Part shown: piece after piece, positions 61,453 to 64,000 of the stretch
Layout: each line of letters starts with the position of its first letter
How positions within the stretch are numbered: the stretch's first letter is position 1
Assembly: GCA_027623675.1 (NCBI GenBank)
Contig: JAQBVF010000011.1
Coordinates: 29,204 to 93,203, forward strand
Length of the DNA stretch: 64,000 nt
Source of the DNA: Chloroflexota bacterium
GTDB lineage: Bacteria; Chloroflexota; Dehalococcoidia; Lucifugimonadales; UBA3495
Direction: 5' to 3'
Made by a program: the position numbers and the translations under genes
The notes under the pieces: generated by a model
What the model was told of the DNA's origin: nothing
What the model saw: only the letters and a program-made list of their open reading frames with translations
The model's database searches: none

Positions 61453-62730
61453 CTACCGCCCGTACACCGCTTGCCGAGAGGAGACCGGAGCATCCGGCTT
61501 GCGGGTCATCAAGAAAAAGACCCCGGCCAGCAGATAAACGGGCAGGAATGAGACCAGCACCACCGTATAGCCGCCGGTGTGGTCGAAGATCACACCAGCA
61601 TATACCGGCGTGACCAGCATACCGATGTTGAACGCCACACTGATCAGACCCATCAGCGTGGCAAAACTGGTCCGCCCGAAGAAATTCCCCAGCGACACCC
61701 AGTTCAGCGAACTGGTCCCCTGCTCTACCGCCATCAATGCAACGAACAGGTAGACCGCGATATTTCCGTCCAAGAGCAGCATCGCCACCACCGCCAGAGC
61801 CGCCGACGCCATGCCCCCGCCCATCATCGGCTGCAGCGGGAACTTGTCTCCCAGGAACCCCACGAATAGCCGCAGTGGGATGGACAGCAGGAACATCAGT
61901 GAGAACATCAGCCCGGCCATCTCGGGTGACATGCCCTTCCAGACGAACATCTCCACTGAATGCAGCGATATGGTGCCCCAAAGGCTGATCCGCAGCACCG
62001 AGCCAGTGAACAGTATCCAGTAGGACTTGGTCCGGAGGGCCTGCTTGACAGTGAAGTCCACTATGACCGGCTGTTCGTCAGCTTTCCCTTCCTCGGGGAA
62101 AGGCAGGTCGGCGCCGATACCCATCCGCTCCGGCGAGTGCCGCACCAGCGACGCCAACGGAATCACGATGAGGCCCATGAATATCCCGGAGTAAAGCATC
62201 ACGTCGCGCCAGCCGATGGTGCTGACGCCGATGGTGATCAATGGCAGGATAGCGGCCCCGCCCGAGGAGAACCCGGTGATGCAGATGGACATGGCCAGGG
62301 AACGGCGGCGGATGAACCACCGGTTGACCGCGCTGATCAACACCTGGCCCAGACCGGAGCTTTTTCCCACCCCCACAACCCCGACGAAAACCGCGATGAA
62401 CAGCAGATAATTGTGCACCCAATGGAGGGCGATAAAACCGCTGCTCGCCAGCAACCCCCCGAAGATGATCATGGGCCGTGACCCAAACCGGTCCACCAGC
62501 CTTCCGACGACCGGTCCGGCGATGCTGCCTTCAGCCCGGACCAAGCTGAAGATCAACGAGGTTTGGGCGCTGTTCAGTCCCAGATCCCTTTGTATGGGAC
62601 CAAAAAATATACCGCTGCTGTTGGAGAATATCCCGCCCGAAAGCGTGCCCAACAGGAACGTGGAAGCCAGCACCCACCAGCCGTAATAAGCGTTTTTGAC
62701 CCTGCGTGGCAGCGGCATTTGGTTCAACAT
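61453..62730 (-). CDS. MFS transporter (OFA/MCT-like)
   Basis: YYGWWV, GRLVDRFGSR motif A, RWFIRRRS, about 12 hydrophobic segments. Confidence 0.9.
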   Translation of the reverse strand: MLNQMPLPRRVKNAYYGWWVLASTFLLGTLSGGIFSNSSGIFFGPIQRDLGLNSAQTSLIFSLVRAEGSIAGPVVGRLVDRFGSRPMIIFGGLLASSGFIALHWVHNYLLFIAVFVGVVGVGKSSGLGQVLISAVNRWFIRRRSLAMSICITGFSSGGAAILPLITIGVSTIGWRDVMLYSGIFMGLIVIPLASLVRHSPERMGIGADLPFPEEGKADEQPVIVDFTVKQALRTKSYWILFTGSVLRISLWGTISLHSVEMFVWKGMSPEMAGLMFSLMFLLSIPLRLFVGFLGDKFPLQPMMGGGMASAALAVVAMLLLDGNIAVYLFVALMAVEQGTSSLNWVSLGNFFGRTSFATLMGLISVAFNIGMLVTPVYAGVIFDHTGGYTVVLVSFLPVYLLAGVFFLMTRKPDAPVSSRQAVYGR

Positions 62731-62852
62731 GGTTCAGTTATCGTGGCGGGCAGGTATCATGGCGCGCGGGTTCCCTGGGCTATAGTTGGTCGAAATCATC
62801 CGGTGCGGCAGGATTGGCAGTCTTGAAAGTATAACTCTAAACCAGACGCCGA

Positions 62853-63638
62853 TCATTTGCCCTGCCAGACCGGAGGTCTTTTTTCGGCAAATGCCTTGGG
62901 GCCTTCGGCGGCATCTTCCGAACTGAGCACGCGGTGGCCGACCGACGCCGTGAGGTGCATGGATTCTTCCAAACCGTAGCGCCGCCAGAACTGGGCGACG
63001 GCCTTGGTGCCCTCCACGGCCAGAGGCGCGTTGGCCCCGATCATCTCGGCGATGGCAACCGCCCTTGGCATGAGTTTATCCGGCTCCAGCACCTCGTGCA
63101 CAAATCCCAACCGGTGGGCGTCTTCCACGCTCAGAGTGTCTCCGGTGAGCATCAGGTACACGGCTTCGTTATAGGGCATCACCCGCGAGAGGTTGTTGAT
63201 GGCGTAGTTGGCCAGGATACCCCGTTTTACTTCGAACAGGCCGAAGTACGCCTGGGTTGATGCGATTCGGATGTCGCAGTCGGCGGCCCGCTCCATACCT
63301 GCGCCAATGGCCAGGCCGTTGACCGCCGCGATGATCGGCTTGGGATTCCGGCCGAAGGGTTGGTTGCCCCGGTAGCCTTCGATGCGCTGTTCTTCGGTCA
63401 ACGCCGCCCGTGATCCCGACTGGGTAGACATCTCTTTCAGGTCGGCCCCGGCGGAGAAAGCCCGGCCCTCCCCCGTCACGATTCCAACCCTCATCTCCGG
63501 GTCGGCGGCGAACTCGTCCAGCGCCTCCCGCAGTTCCTGGCGCATGGTCAGGCCCTGGGCGTTCAGCCGGCCGGGCCGGTCCATGGTGAAGATGGCGTAG
63601 TGGCCATCGGTGAATCTCTCATATCTCAGGTCCGGCAT
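62853..63638 (-). CDS. Enoyl-CoA hydratase/isomerase family protein
   Basis: AFSAGADL, KPIIAAVNG.AIGAGME, FGLFEVKRG, EGPKAFAEKR.PVW. Confidence 0.93.
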   Translation of the reverse strand: MPDLRYERFTDGHYAIFTMDRPGRLNAQGLTMRQELREALDEFAADPEMRVGIVTGEGRAFSAGADLKEMSTQSGSRAALTEEQRIEGYRGNQPFGRNPKPIIAAVNGLAIGAGMERAADCDIRIASTQAYFGLFEVKRGILANYAINNLSRVMPYNEAVYLMLTGDTLSVEDAHRLGFVHEVLEPDKLMPRAVAIAEMIGANAPLAVEGTKAVAQFWRRYGLEESMHLTASVGHRVLSSEDAAEGPKAFAEKRPPVWQGK

Positions 63639-63942
63639 GTTGGTACTCCAGGTTCGTATTCATCGGTCGCTGCCTGGCTATGCCCCAGAGGCGGCAACAT
63701 GGTCTCTCGGCACCGGGCCCGCTGGCATCTTCCGTGGCAACCAAGTGTACACAATTTATCTAATCCGCTTTGGTTCGGGCTGGAGAGGCTACCAAGTCTT
63801 ACAGGCGAGCAGCTACGGCAGCCTCAAAGGCCAATGTTTCGAGCTGCCATGGTGTAGGAGGAGGAAGAATTTAACCGAGTACTGTTTAACCGAGTACTAG
63901 GGGAAGGGGAAATCTAGAAGCATTGTCTAGGGCGTGTTGACA

Positions 63943-63972
63943 TTTTGTACAGATTTTAAAATTTGTATAAAA
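63943..63972. promoter_or_regulatory. 30-bp imperfect palindrome directly after a TTGACA hexamer
   Basis: ttttgtacagatttt|aaaatttgtataaaa (2 mismatches); ATG at 63980 runs off the window. Confidence 0.5.
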
Positions 63973-64000
63973 TACAGGTATGCTTACAGAAGAGTTTCAC

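Noticed and set aside
63610..63900. Short plus-strand ORFs (85-96 aa)
   Set aside because: They overlap the enoyl-CoA hydratase start and have no motif or clear RBS

Overview
A high-GC, gene-dense bacterial chromosome segment, mostly housekeeping and energy metabolism. The gene content (11-subunit complex I, SdhAB with a CCG-domain anchor, DUF1501/DUF1800, many hydrolase and CoA-enzyme paralogs) suggests Chloroflexota/Dehalococcoidia (SAR202-like); this taxonomy is inference. In order: a partial EndoQ/PHP nuclease, groES-groEL, selA, a small metal-related cluster (cytochrome c, a CPFH-ending peptide, a frameshifted CDF transporter), an ECF sigma/anti-sigma/SIMPL module, dcd-ribD-ribE-ribBA, prfB with its programmed frameshift, two CE7 esterases, plsY, thrS, a BrnT-like toxin-antitoxin pair, YyaL, DUF1501-DUF1800-NHL, icd-mdh, a metallo-beta-lactamase-fold tandem array (one intact, one frameshifted, one fragment), sdhAB plus HdrB-like subunit, nadK-NUDIX, nuoABCDHIJK-(small PII-like gene)-LMN, CaiB-rdgB-moaA-rnhA-moaC, a tRNA(CAT), a ferredoxin, a one-cysteine Asp/Glu-racemase-family enzyme, an MFS transporter and an enoyl-CoA hydratase. 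The most notable unexplained signals are: (1) the same ECF-type promoter written inside the last codons of the sigma gene and again upstream of the SIMPL gene, suggesting a negative-feedback circuit; (2) recurrent tandem copies of genes' terminal codons plus stop codon; (3) hydrolases lacking the catalytic Ser; (4) a small putative signalling gene inside the nuo operon; (5) a palindromic repeat found both intergenic and in-frame inside RdgB. I saw no CRISPR array, prophage or complete transposase. All product calls rest on motif recognition by eye; no database search was run.
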